From positions 2,494 through 66,493 of the forward strand of contig NZ_SVCB01000073.1 of assembly GCF_015058545.1 (NCBI RefSeq): a stretch of DNA of 64,000 nucleotides. Direction: 5' to 3'. Shown piece by piece: positions 11,340 to 22,537 of the stretch (positions are counted from its first letter, which is position 1; every line of letters begins with the position of its first letter). The notes beneath the pieces are model-generated. The model was not told where the DNA came from. It did not search any database and saw nothing but the letters and a program-made list of their open reading frames with translations. The DNA comes from Veillonella sp. (GTDB taxonomy: Bacteria > Bacillota > Negativicutes > Veillonellales > Veillonellaceae). Position numbers and translations under genes: made by a program.

Positions 11340-12155
11340 TTAATCCTCCTCATCAAAGAAAACTCTCAGTGATTCTCTCTCAGGCATATAGCGGTACTTA
11401 AATTTAGGATATCCCACCATAATAGCTCCGGCAACCCTATACCCGTCCGGTAAATTTAATAATTTCAGTAGTGGTTCATAGCCTACTTGTGCACAAAATT
11501 CGACAAAGCCGGACCAGCAACTTCCCAGGCCTAAGGAAGGGGCCATTAATTCCGCATAAGTAAGAGCAAAATGACCATTATCGCGGCCGCGTTCAATCAA
11601 TTTATCCTTGCTTATTGCCAATACCAAGGCAGGGGCTTTATGTAAAATAAAATCACGCCCTGTCCGGTTATAACGCTTTGCATTATGCGCATAAATTCGC
11701 ATACGACTATTTTCTTTCCCCAATCCGGTCATCCAGTCCATAACAGCTTCGCTAATAGCAGTTAATGTTTCCTTCTTTTGAATTACTCGGTAAGAAATAC
11801 CTTGGCTATTGGAACCTGTAGGGGCCATACGAGCTATGTTTAATAATCTCGTAAGTGCCTCTTTCGGAACCGGTGTATCACGGAATGTACGAATAGAACG
11901 GCGATACCGTAAAAACTTCTCTGCCTCTTCAGGACTTGGTACTTGGTAATCCCCAACCGGAATTTGTTCGGCCCGCGGTGTTACTGTATAATCAATCGCA
12001 TTCGTCGGACAAACTGCTACACAATGTCCACAAGAAATACAGCTGCCAAAACCGGCGGCCGGACCGTTTTCTTTCATAACCAACAAACCTGTCGGGCACT
12101 CTGCCACACACATTTTACACCGGATACATACATCTGTACGCACCGAAAAGCTCAT
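11340..12155 (-). CDS. 4Fe-4S ferredoxin-nitroreductase fusion
   Basis: Two CxxCxxCxxxCP motifs, RRSIR, APTGSNSQ and GLGSCW. Confidence 0.9.
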   Translation of the reverse strand: MSFSVRTDVCIRCKMCVAECPTGLLVMKENGPAAGFGSCISCGHCVAVCPTNAIDYTVTPRAEQIPVGDYQVPSPEEAEKFLRYRRSIRTFRDTPVPKEALTRLLNIARMAPTGSNSQGISYRVIQKKETLTAISEAVMDWMTGLGKENSRMRIYAHNAKRYNRTGRDFILHKAPALVLAISKDKLIERGRDNGHFALTYAELMAPSLGLGSCWSGFVEFCAQVGYEPLLKLLNLPDGYRVAGAIMVGYPKFKYRYMPERESLRVFFDEED

Positions 12156-12792
12156 CGTAAAGCCCTCCATTCGTAATATCACGACTAAATTATACTCCTA
12201 AATTTCAAATCTGTATATTCTACATGTACATCCCTCTAATACAAAAGCATTTATATCTCAAAGTTATTCCATGTATGAGTTTTTAGGATAGTTCATTAAA
12301 TATAGTCTCTGTCAAATTGAATAAATATAGATTTTGCCAAATGTAAAAAAATAGCTTCAATTATATAAATTGAGAATACTTAAGTAATGCTAATAATCGA
12401 CTCAGAGGAAATCGAATAAATTCGTTCGTCATCGGTATTTACGGCACTGCAACGAAGCCACGCCTGATTTTGATGATGACTTTTTTTTAAAGCATGTACG
12501 GCATCTCAAAATATTACTATAGCACGATTTGCAAAAAAATAAAAGGGTAAAGTCATCTAATAAACCCCATAATTCAAATTCAGTTTTCTAAATTAAAAAC
12601 TCTTCTTATTTAATCCTTTTTCTGTACAACGGTTTTCTCATGTCCCGTATTCGCCCATCAATAAAAACATGAACTTTTTCAACGAAAACCTGAAACATAT
12701 TCTCAATTTAAAATTGTGAATGATAAATTTATAATTTTTAACTAGGTAATTCCCCTAAAATCAATTAAAATAGAGAGGAAAGGAGTATCCCC

Positions 12793-13422
12793 ATGAACTT
12801 AATAACAACTAAAGACTTAGTTTTTTACAATATGATTCAATACCCCGATATGGCCATTGAAAAAGGTAAAATGACCTTCATTCAAGGGGCCAGCGGATCC
12901 GGCAAAAGCACCCTATTTCGCTTATTTAACGCCACTATTAACCCTTCGCAAGGGGCCATCTATTACAACAATGTAGATATCAGCACAATCAATGCGTTGG
13001 AATTACGCCGTCAAATTTTACTGATTAATCAGCAAGTATATCTCTTCCCCGGCACCATTGCCGATAATTTTCGCCAATTTCATGCCTATCGCGGGTCTAC
13101 CCCACCGACCGAGGCAAATATGAAGGAATTTCTCCATTTGGCGGCCGCCCCATTCACACCGGAACAAGAGATTGCGAGATTATCCGGCGGTGAAAAACAG
13201 CGCGTCTTTAACGCCATTATGCTCTCCTTTAATGCAGATGTCTATATGTGGGACGAACCGAGTGCCGCTCTCGACTCACCGACAGCCATGACCTTTTTCA
13301 CGCGCATGAAAGAATATATGACCAAACACGATAAAACTACGCTGGTCATTTCCCATGACGATACGCTCTATCCTAAGTTCAGCGATGCTTTGATTGAGCT
13401 ACAAAGTCGCCATGAGGTATAA
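12793..13422 (+). CDS. ABC ATP-binding protein (FetA/YbbL-like)
   Basis: GASGSGKST, LSGGEKQR and DEPSAALD motifs. Confidence 0.85.
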   Translation: MNLITTKDLVFYNMIQYPDMAIEKGKMTFIQGASGSGKSTLFRLFNATINPSQGAIYYNNVDISTINALELRRQILLINQQVYLFPGTIADNFRQFHAYRGSTPPTEANMKEFLHLAAAPFTPEQEIARLSGGEKQRVFNAIMLSFNADVYMWDEPSAALDSPTAMTFFTRMKEYMTKHDKTTLVISHDDTLYPKFSDALIELQSRHEV

Positions 13423-13491
13423 GTCTAGCCCGGCTTATTGTTCATCCGTTAGTACGCAATACATTTACTTCATAAGATTGGAGTTTTTAAC

Positions 13492-14259
13492 ATGACTGAA
13501 TCTATTTCTATGCAGCTCGGTGGCTTCTTATCCATCTATTTGTTGCTCCTCGTCATCGCCGGGATTTTCACGTACTGTAAAATTCCGCAAACTAAATTTC
13601 TCTTGCTGGGCACCTTGCAAATGACGGTACAATTAATCATTGCCGGTTACGTGTTGCTCTATATTTTTCAAAACCCGTCACCGATTTTTGTCTTAACCTA
13701 TCTATCCTTGATGGTCGGTTTTGCCGTGACGCGAACGCTTCGCAAAAATCCTTGGCTTAACCGCAAATTCAAGTGGATTACGGCCTTGTCCGTTATCGGC
13801 ACCTGCATCAGTATTACGAGCTTCATGCTCCTTATTGTTATTCGCAAGGATATTTTTACACCCCAATATGTAATCCCAATCAGCGGTATGCTCGTAAGTG
13901 CTACCATGAACGGCGCTACCTTGGCGTTAAAATCGTTTAAGGAAAATCTCGACTCTCATCAGCAACAAATCGAGGTGCTCTTAAATATCGGCACACCGCC
14001 GTCTAAGATATTACATCCGTTTGTGGTACAATCCTTGGAAACGGCCTTCTTACCGACTATGAATTCCATGGTGGGCATGGGGATTATCGCACTCCCCGGT
14101 ATGATGACCGGTCAGATTTTGGCCGGTGCCATGCCGAATGAAGCGGTACTGTACCAGATTACCATCATGGTTGCCAACTGTACCACCGTGTGCTTGTCGT
14201 CGTTTTGCCTATTATATTTTGGTGCCCGCACCCTCTGGAACGATAGGTATCAGTTATAA
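13492..14259 (+). CDS. UPF0014 (FetB/YbbM-like) ABC permease
   Basis: MTVQL, PQYVIPISGM and LPGMMTGQILAG motifs. Confidence 0.85.
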   Translation: MTESISMQLGGFLSIYLLLLVIAGIFTYCKIPQTKFLLLGTLQMTVQLIIAGYVLLYIFQNPSPIFVLTYLSLMVGFAVTRTLRKNPWLNRKFKWITALSVIGTCISITSFMLLIVIRKDIFTPQYVIPISGMLVSATMNGATLALKSFKENLDSHQQQIEVLLNIGTPPSKILHPFVVQSLETAFLPTMNSMVGMGIIALPGMMTGQILAGAMPNEAVLYQITIMVANCTTVCLSSFCLLYFGARTLWNDRYQL

Positions 14260-14496
14260 CTAAGCACATCGGGGCATTCTAAAAAAGGCGCAAGGCCTTA
14301 CTCTCGGACTCCTGGTTCTACAAGAACAAAGTCGTCTACGAGTAAGGCCTTGCGTCTTTTCTACGTTACGCCGTTCCCTCAGTACGTTATTTATGTCTGA
14401 TTACTATAAAGACTGTGCGGAATTAACTCGGAGTCCTTACGAGTAAAGCTTGTTCTTTTTACGTTAGCCTGCGCCCTCCGTGCATTAGTTATAACT
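14243..14496. repeat. Long imperfect inverted repeat: 21-bp core arms plus a second degenerate copy of the right arm
   Basis: 14283-14303 pairs with 14340-14360 (20/21); 14252-14263 with 14485-14496; 14306-14312 with 14430-14436. Confidence 0.8.
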
Positions 14497-14544
14497 TAAG
14501 GTGGGGAGGATAAATAAGGACTCTGGGTCCATATTCATTTCTTT

Positions 14545-15198
14545 TTATTTTTGCGTTAGAACATCGTCGTTAAAGTTATACTGAGTAATGTTCCATTTAT
14601 TCGTATCAACATATTTTTTTTGATAATCATCTTTTATCTGCTTTTGCACTGCTTCTTTCAACGGAGTTATGTCACCGTCTTTTAAACGCTGTAAAACGAT
14701 GCTCCCACTTACCAGAGTATCATTTTTACTATCATAGGTATATTCAAGGCCATTTTTATCTACATATAAAACATTATCCCGTTCCGTCATAGTTAATGGC
14801 GCATTCTTACCCGTTACATCCATCAATTTATAATTAATAGCTATATTTGGCAATACTCCCTTACTATCCGGCCCTTCCGGTAAAGATATAATATAACTCA
14901 TATAAGGATTAACCGGTACATACGCATCACGATTCAAAAAGCTTTTGCCTTCCGTTCTATACTGATAATCTTTACTGTCAATCGTGTAGGTATGTTCTGT
15001 CTTTTTCTCGATAGTAATTACATAGAAGGTATCGCTAAAGTCATTATTAAATAAGTTATTTTTTTGAGGAGCTCCGATATATCCCCATGTGCCCGAAAAG
15101 TCTTGAGAGCTGCCCAAACCGCCGCAGCCACTGAGGACGAACATCAAAGCCGTAGCCAAAGCCAGCAACATATAGGTTACATATCGTTTCGTTTTCAT
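14545..15198 (-). CDS. Lipoprotein of unknown function
   Basis: Lipobox LSGC; GGGAGGGA RBS. Confidence 0.75.
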   Translation of the reverse strand: MKTKRYVTYMLLALATALMFVLSGCGGLGSSQDFSGTWGYIGAPQKNNLFNNDFSDTFYVITIEKKTEHTYTIDSKDYQYRTEGKSFLNRDAYVPVNPYMSYIISLPEGPDSKGVLPNIAINYKLMDVTGKNAPLTMTERDNVLYVDKNGLEYTYDSKNDTLVSGSIVLQRLKDGDITPLKEAVQKQIKDDYQKKYVDTNKWNITQYNFNDDVLTQK

Positions 15199-15211
15199 AA
15201 CAATCCCTCCC

Positions 15212-15862
15212 CTATACCGTGGTTTGACGGCGACGATAAATCACATAGCCGATGCCTGCCAAAATAACTATCACCAGGGCGCCTCCGATAAGAAGACCGG
15301 AGTTACCGCCTTTTTTGAATTGGAAATAGATTGGATCGCCGGCGGCATAAATTACCGTGTCATCATCTTTCATAATACCCTTGCCAATGCTTTCCTTGAC
15401 GATTTTGCCATCCACTTCAATGGTCGTAGCACCGGATGCTTTACCTAAATTAAAGGTATACATATCCGGGTCATCGCCGTACGGATAAATAACATTTGTT
15501 TTTGCATCAGCATTGCGCCCGAACACGGCGGCACTCATCTTAGCCAGTTCATCCTTATTGGCAAACTTTGCTTCCAATTTCCACATTTGCGACTGCACTG
15601 TCGCGCTGTCCCCTTTTAGTTCCTTACCATCGGGACCGATGGCTTCAAGTTCTACTTTACTAATATCAATCGGCGTCTGCCCGTTTGAATTTTGCGTCAC
15701 CGCACTCAACAAATCGCCCTTACTGATAGGTACCGGTGATTGAATCGTAGCCTTCCATTCCCCGCTGAAATCTGAGTTAACCTCAATCTCAGAAGTTACT
15801 TGTGCACAACCTGCCGCCAGTAACAGGCACAAGGCTAAACATAAAAACACTAACCGCTTCAT
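15212..15862 (-). CDS. Lipoprotein with C-terminal TM anchor (LppM/DUF3153-like)
   Basis: Lipobox AAGC, IEVNSDFSG motif, C-terminal TM helix followed by RRR. Confidence 0.7.
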   Translation of the reverse strand: MKRLVFLCLALCLLLAAGCAQVTSEIEVNSDFSGEWKATIQSPVPISKGDLLSAVTQNSNGQTPIDISKVELEAIGPDGKELKGDSATVQSQMWKLEAKFANKDELAKMSAAVFGRNADAKTNVIYPYGDDPDMYTFNLGKASGATTIEVDGKIVKESIGKGIMKDDDTVIYAAGDPIYFQFKKGGNSGLLIGGALVIVILAGIGYVIYRRRQTTV

Positions 15863-15921
15863 ACGCTCCACTCCTTACTTACCTAACATCTAGCCATAAC
15901 CATATTAAGCTAAATACAAAT

Positions 15922-15967
15922 GCACTTCTCTATACAGCTGTACTTCTCCATACAGCTACACTTCTCC
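15922..15967. repeat. 18-bp tandem repeat x2.5
   Basis: gcacttctctatacagct/gtacttctccatacagct/acacttctcc. Confidence 0.7.
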
Positions 15968-16150
15968 CCGAATGTACATTTGTGCGCCAAAGTTACTTTC
16001 ATTATATCAGTTTTATCCGTTATTTTGTATCATATGTAGCAGAATTAATATGAATGTTAATTATATAATATATTTGTGAGCAGGTTATTTTGAAAAAACT
16101 ATATCATGTTATTCGTTTCCGATGTTTTATTCTAAAAAAGCAACCGTCGT

Positions 16151-16828
16151 TCACTCTTGTCTCGTTTCACCGGAACAATACCGCATCAAGGTTTCTAAAT
16201 CAAGGATTCGAATTTGTTTACGGGCCGTATCAATAACCCCTTCTTCACGAAGGCGCCCGATATGGCGCGTCAAATTGACACGACTCATGCCGACAAGTTC
16301 TGCCAGCTCCTCTTGGGATAAAAGCAGTATTTGTTCACCCATTTCATGCTGTGCATTATGAAGCAATAGAAGCACATTGCACACCTTAATGAAACCCGAA
16401 TTATATTCTTGATGGGCCGTTTCAAAAAGCAGCAGATTAATGTAACGAACGTAAGAATCGACCAGATAGCGATAAATCTGAGGATTTACTTCTATCATCT
16501 GCCGAAAATCATCCCGTGTGAAGCGCCATATTTTCATGGGCGTAATCGCTTCGGTCACCAAAGTATGTTCAATTTTAAACTCTAATTCGTGAAACCCCGG
16601 ATAGATTGTGCCAGCACCATGATAAGAGATGATCTTACGTCGCCCCGTTTCATGGACTAAATACGTGCTGGCCACGCCGGAAATGATGTAGTTAATAACA
16701 TGGGCAAACTCATCCGGCTGCCATAAAAAATCACCCGCTTTGAGTTCCATTTCAACATGATGGGACGCCGCAAATATATCCTTTAAATCGACAAAATCAT
16801 TGGTAAAAATATAGCGTGGGATTAACAT
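16151..16828 (-). CDS. Crp/Fnr family transcriptional regulator
   Basis: cNMP-binding-like N domain; HTH LSQEELAELVGMSRVNLTR. Confidence 0.9.
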   Translation of the reverse strand: MLIPRYIFTNDFVDLKDIFAASHHVEMELKAGDFLWQPDEFAHVINYIISGVASTYLVHETGRRKIISYHGAGTIYPGFHELEFKIEHTLVTEAITPMKIWRFTRDDFRQMIEVNPQIYRYLVDSYVRYINLLLFETAHQEYNSGFIKVCNVLLLLHNAQHEMGEQILLLSQEELAELVGMSRVNLTRHIGRLREEGVIDTARKQIRILDLETLMRYCSGETRQE

Positions 16829-16900
16829 GGTGTCACCTCGAATAAAATCTACTATAATTTACCCTCATTATACCATATCAACTCTTAAGGAGGCTTTATT

Positions 16901-17791
16901 ATGAAACCCAAAAATAATCAACAGAACAAAACGTTACAACTCGTCTACCCGCAGTGGCAGGGCGGTGCCAATCCGAATTACCAAATCGGAGCCCGCGTAT
17001 TGGACGCTTTATTACCTACATCAACAGCTACTGAAAAAGCATATATCCCGGTAGCTGACGAAGAAGCCACGGCAGCCGCTTATGAAGCACAACCTAACAA
17101 AGACGTCTTCGCCGAAGAAATCCTATTAAGCCAGCAGGCGGCAGCGCGTGAAATTTTGAACGTAAAACAACCAAGTAAGATTATCACCATCGGCGGTGAC
17201 TGCTCCATTTCGCAAGTGCCTTTTGATTATTTACATCAGCAATATCCGAATAATACGGCGATTCTATGGCTCGATGCCCATCCCGATATTATGACGCCAA
17301 AAGAGTATCCCAACGAACACGCCATGGTATTGGGCAACTTATTGGGACATGGTGCCCCTAGTTTTGCAAAAACAGTACAAGCACCGTTTAAACCGAGCCA
17401 AGTCCTCTATGCCGGACTCATCGATACCGGTCTTTTACCTCATGAAAAACAGTTCCTTGCCGACCATTCCATGGCATATCTGCCACCACGTGAGTTAAAT
17501 ACAAGCAAACCGATTTTAGAATGGCTCAAAAATAATAAGATTGAACATGTTATGGTTCATTTGGATTTAGATGTTTTGAGCCCTACCGATTTTCGCAGTC
17601 TCCTCTGCAACAAACCGCATCAAGGCCCGGTTGAATACGCCGTTGGTGAAATGACATTAGCTAAAATTTTCCAAATTCTTCAAGATGTAAGCAAAGAAAC
17701 CAATCTCGTAGGTCTTTCTATCGCCGAATACTTGCCATGGGATATTATCAACCTTCGCAATGGCTTCTCAAAACTGGATATTTTTAAGTAA
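16901..17791 (+). CDS. Arginase/ureohydrolase family protein
   Basis: GGDCS, WLDAHPD and HLDLDVL motifs. Confidence 0.85.
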   Translation: MKPKNNQQNKTLQLVYPQWQGGANPNYQIGARVLDALLPTSTATEKAYIPVADEEATAAAYEAQPNKDVFAEEILLSQQAAAREILNVKQPSKIITIGGDCSISQVPFDYLHQQYPNNTAILWLDAHPDIMTPKEYPNEHAMVLGNLLGHGAPSFAKTVQAPFKPSQVLYAGLIDTGLLPHEKQFLADHSMAYLPPRELNTSKPILEWLKNNKIEHVMVHLDLDVLSPTDFRSLLCNKPHQGPVEYAVGEMTLAKIFQILQDVSKETNLVGLSIAEYLPWDIINLRNGFSKLDIFK

Positions 17792-17823
17792 AAGTTATTT
17801 TAATAACTAAATATACAAACCAA

Positions 17824-17885
17824 AAACCACTCTCCACAAAATGGCCCGGTTCTTAAGAACGTAAGCCACTTTAAGAGAGTGGTTT
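17824..17885. terminator. Bidirectional nested hairpin between convergent genes
   Basis: AAACCACTCTC...GAGAGTGGTTT enclosing inner GTTCTTAAGAAC palindrome. Confidence 0.65.
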
Positions 17886-17929
17886 CCTTTTTACTTAACT
17901 ATTAACAATTAAACTATAAAGTTCAACTA

Positions 17930-20900
17930 TTAAAATTTAAGATTTACGCCGCCACGGAAGCGATTAGCTTTCACGCTGCTGCCTTTTTGATATTCATAAC
18001 CTAAGCTGTAGGTAACATCGCCGTTAGATGCTTCAAGACCTAATTTACCGATGAAGCTGCCACGGTCGGTTAAGTCATAGGTGAAGCCATTAGATACGCC
18101 GCCAAAGCTTACAGTCTGATCAACACTGCGACCGGAGTTCCAAACATAACCTAATTCAGCAATCGGTAAAACATTCCAGTTACCACGTTGGAAATTAGCA
18201 CTGTATTTAACGCCCAATGGTACTAAGAACATATTCTTATCCGATTGATCATAGTTAAAACCGAAGTTATTTGCATAATCATCAGTCTGAATACGTAAGA
18301 AACGAGCGCCTACATATGGTACCAACGTAGCTGATTCACCGCGAGCAATGCGTTTTTCAGCACGTATACCAATGCTGAAGGCTTTTGTATCCGGCGAACC
18401 TTCAATACGGTTACCACTGTTATATTGGGTTACATCGTTGCTACCGCTCAAGTAGGAGATATCGCCGATTAAAGCATAATCATCACGTTCCATACCGCCA
18501 TACAAGCTAAGGCCGTAGAACTTGGAATCAGTTTTAGTAGTTGTAGCTAATGTATGAGCATCAACATCACCTTTCACATATGTGAAAGCTGCACCTAAAG
18601 TACGACCTTCTTTATGATAGAAGTCAGCACCGACTACAACACCGTTCAATTTGCTGTCATAATCAGCATCCATACCGCCCATAGCTAAGCCGGAAACAGA
18701 ATTTTTAGTATGAATTAACTGTGCCCATACGTCTTTATCATGGGTAAGATTATTCGCTAAAGACATATGGTCCGTAATAGCTTCATGAGTAATACCGGAA
18801 ACAGTATACGTATTATGTGTAGCACCACTCAAGGCTGTTAAATTCCCCAAGCTGTTGAAAGCATCAATTTGCGCTGCTTCGGTTGTATTCACTTTATCAT
18901 CAGCAATCGCATTAACTAACTGATAAGCTTTAGAATCTGTATCACCGGAGAAAGCTTCATCAACAACATCACCAATAATAACTTTGCCGTCATAAATATC
19001 TTTAACGGAACTGGAAGTTGCTACGATATTATACGTTGTATTATCATCGCTTACCACACCGATTAAGGAAACTAAGCGTTTATTGGTCAATAAGTTATCA
19101 TCTGTCCAGCTGTCTGTATCTACGCCGTCGATTTCTGCTTCACCATCATTAATTAAAATGTGGTACGTATTACCTGCTACGGCATCGTCTACATATAATT
19201 TAGCACCTTCACCAATGGCTACTGTTTGTACACCACTTAACGCAGCTGTTTCAGTAATGGCACTACCGTCAACCATGGTAACAGAGTTATCTGCCGCACT
19301 AAATGTACCGGCTGCCAAAGTAGCTGCTGTAGCTTGCAATTCTGCATCAGTCATAGCGCCATCCATGTAAACAGCACCGGCATCACCTAAGGATTGATTG
19401 CCTTTAATATAAAGAGCTGCCGTAATAGCATCTTCGCCAAATGTTAAGCCGGTTTTAGCAAACATAGCTTTCGCATCGTTACCATCACCAATAGTTGCAT
19501 AGGTATTTTGGCCAACTAATAATTTACCGTCAATAACATTGGTACCCTCTTCAGCATCAGTGAAATCAACTGCTACTTCATTAGCCACTACATCCCAAGA
19601 CGGATCAAGAATGAGACTACCACCGTTTAATTTTACGTTGGTAAATTTAGCGATTGCATTCTTATCTTCAGAGCCCACAGTTAAAGCGGCATCTTCGTCT
19701 TCAAGACTTAATGCACCTGTTACATTACCGATAATTGAAGAATCCGTACCTGTTACTGCTACACTTGCATTTAATTGACCGGCAGTAGCATCAATCGAAC
19801 CGTTGTTTAAGGTTACCCCTTCAGAGACTGTAGCGTTACTTGCAACACCTAAGGTACTGCCACTATTGACAGCCACAGCGCCTGTTAAGTTTACACTTGT
19901 AGTTGCACTCGCACTGCTATTACCCAATACTAATTTAGCCGTTGTATCTGCAGAACCATCTAAACCTACAATTACGTTAAGGTCTTTACTAGTTTTGCCG
20001 TCAACTAAAATTACATCACCACCGTCTTGGCCACCTAGTGCTAAACTTTCATTGCCTGTAATAATTACACCTTCAGAACCAGCTTGTAAGTTGATTACAC
20101 CTGCTGAGAAGCCTTGTTTATTATTACTGGAATCAGTAGCAACAATACCATCTTGACCGATTGTATTAACAGGAACTTTACCATAGATAACGAGGTTTTT
20201 ATTACCATCAACATTAATAGTTGTATTATCATAGGACAAGTCCAAACTAGAGTTTTGAGCTTCTCTTACGTCAGAAAGAGTTAAAGATTTATCAACTAAA
20301 GATCCTGCCATTGTTAATGTGGTTGTCTCATAATCATCCGCAGTTTTTAAAGCTTTTAAAGCTTCTTTTGCATAAGCTAACGAATATTTATCTGTAGTAA
20401 TCTCTACTGTACCACTTTTAAAGATAACTTTATCATCTACAACATCTCTGATTGTCGTTGGTAATACTTTATCCCCATTTGTAGTAATTGTAGTATCATC
20501 AGCACTACTACCAAAAAGTTGATCTGCCGTTGTAACGAGTATGCCTTTTCACCTAGAGTAAACTGTCCCTGTCCAACAATATTTTTTTCAAAATCAACAA
20601 CATTAACTCGAGCTTGATCTTCAATATAAATATGTCCGTCCTCAGGATTATTTAATTTATACGTTCCTGTATAGTTACCATATAGGAAGGCTACATCAGA
20701 ACCTGCAATATTCAACTTATCTGTAAAGTTCATATTTCCTTTGAAATTAATATCACCATCACCTGATACAGTACCTTCAATAGAATTTACATTTTCAAAA
20801 TGAATAGCGCCACCTTCATGCGAAACAAAATTACCAACAGCCGATTGCGTGTCTTTAATGTATACTTCACCTTTATTAAAAACTTCTAAATCGCCATTAT

Positions 20901-22218
20901 AATTTTTTAAATTATTTAAATTCAATGTGGCCGATTTAGCGGAAGAATAATCTACATCATTATTAACAGCAACAGTTGCATCTAGAGAATATTGACCTTG
21001 ACCATCTATGGTCATTTCATTAGAATCATAATCCATGCCCGGACGCGCCCCATTTACTAATTCTAAAGCGTAGTTTCCGTCTGATTCTATTTCTAAGTCT
21101 TTATATAGATTTATTTGATCCTTTTTAGTCCCATTAGCCATTAATTCGCCAATAGTTCCACCATAATAATTAACTGTCGCATTATCTACATTTCCATGTA
21201 TTTTATTTGTAAAATGCGTATTGTTATTCGAAGAATATGCATTCAAAGATAAATACTCTACATTACCACCGTACAAGTTAATAGTACTATTTTTTACATT
21301 AGAAGTTGTATTTACATTATCAACTTCTGCTATATTTTCAAAAGAACTGTCAACCGGTATAGCCTCCTGAAGATTTTCTTTATCCGGCACCGTTAATTGA
21401 CCACCCACAACATAACCGCCGGCAATAATTTCTAATTCACCGCCGGAATAAACATTGATAGTCGAGTCTGAAACATTAACTGTACCACCTGCTTGCGCCA
21501 AGCCACCTCCAAAAACAGCACCTATATATGTGTCATTGCCTCCATCAATGGTAATGTTAACTTTATCAATCGTTGATTCTGTATTACCACCTATAGCTGC
21601 GCCGGCAAAAACGGCATCGGTGGCATAATTAAATGGATTTGCATCATCATCTTCTTCAGAAAAATTATCCGGCAAGTAATTATCAATAAACTTTCCGCCT
21701 TTTACTGTTAAATTCACATTTTTATCTGTAACAGACAATTTCCCCTCATCTGTATACACTCCGGTCCGCTGAGCTACTGATCCACCAAATACCAAGGCCG
21801 TAATATCGCCACCGGATATCGTAACATTTGTATTTTCAGTAGTGCCTGTTACGTCTCCTTCAAAAGTATGAAACGCCGTAATATAATGCCCACCAATCAC
21901 AGATCGGCTCAATTCAACACCATCAGCTTCTTTAATTTCCTTGGCTAGAGTTCCTCCGGAAATAGCAATCGTTGTATTTACCGGTGCTTGAATACTCTTA
22001 TTTTCATTACCTGTGAAATGCTCTTTTATTCCTCCTACAACACCATAATGCGTACCACTAGTAATCGTTGTAACTTTACTTGCATCAGCTGCCAATACCG
22101 GCTGACTATAGCTAAAGTACACGCCCCCTGTTAAACTAACTGCCATCAATGCCAACATAATTTTCTTGCTAAGTTTTAAATGTTTCTTGCCCGTTTTTGA
22201 TTTCCCCACAGGACACAT
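17930..22218 (-). pseudogene. Type Va autotransporter (about 1429 aa if restored), split by a 1-nt frameshift near 20546-20549
   Basis: N-part has a signal peptide and beta-helix-like passenger; C-part ends in a beta-barrel with terminal F; adding one A in GAA AAG joins the two frames with no stop. Confidence 0.8.
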
Positions 22219-22456
22219 CCTTTCTGTCTATATGGCCTCCTATACCTAATCCCAGCCAATATAAACAAACAACAAAATATGTTCATGAAAAGCTCATGCA
22301 TACTAAAATTTTATCATAATAAAGTATGCTATACAATAAGATAAATAATGCGTTTTTTGAATTTTAACTCCTATTGATTGTAAAGGGATTTATAGCGTCG
22401 AATTTCATATCGAAAATTTTCCTCATCGTTTATTAATCTATATTTTTACACAGCAA

Positions 22457-22488
22457 AAAACCTCGACAGATATCTCTGCCGAGGTTTT
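22457..22488 (-). terminator. Terminator after tcyP
   Basis: AAAACCTCG.CAGA...TCTG.CGAGGTTTT. Confidence 0.75.
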
Positions 22489-22537
22489 CTTTGTATGCTT
22501 ATAACATTTTGTCGATGCTACAATTTACTTCTTTTGC

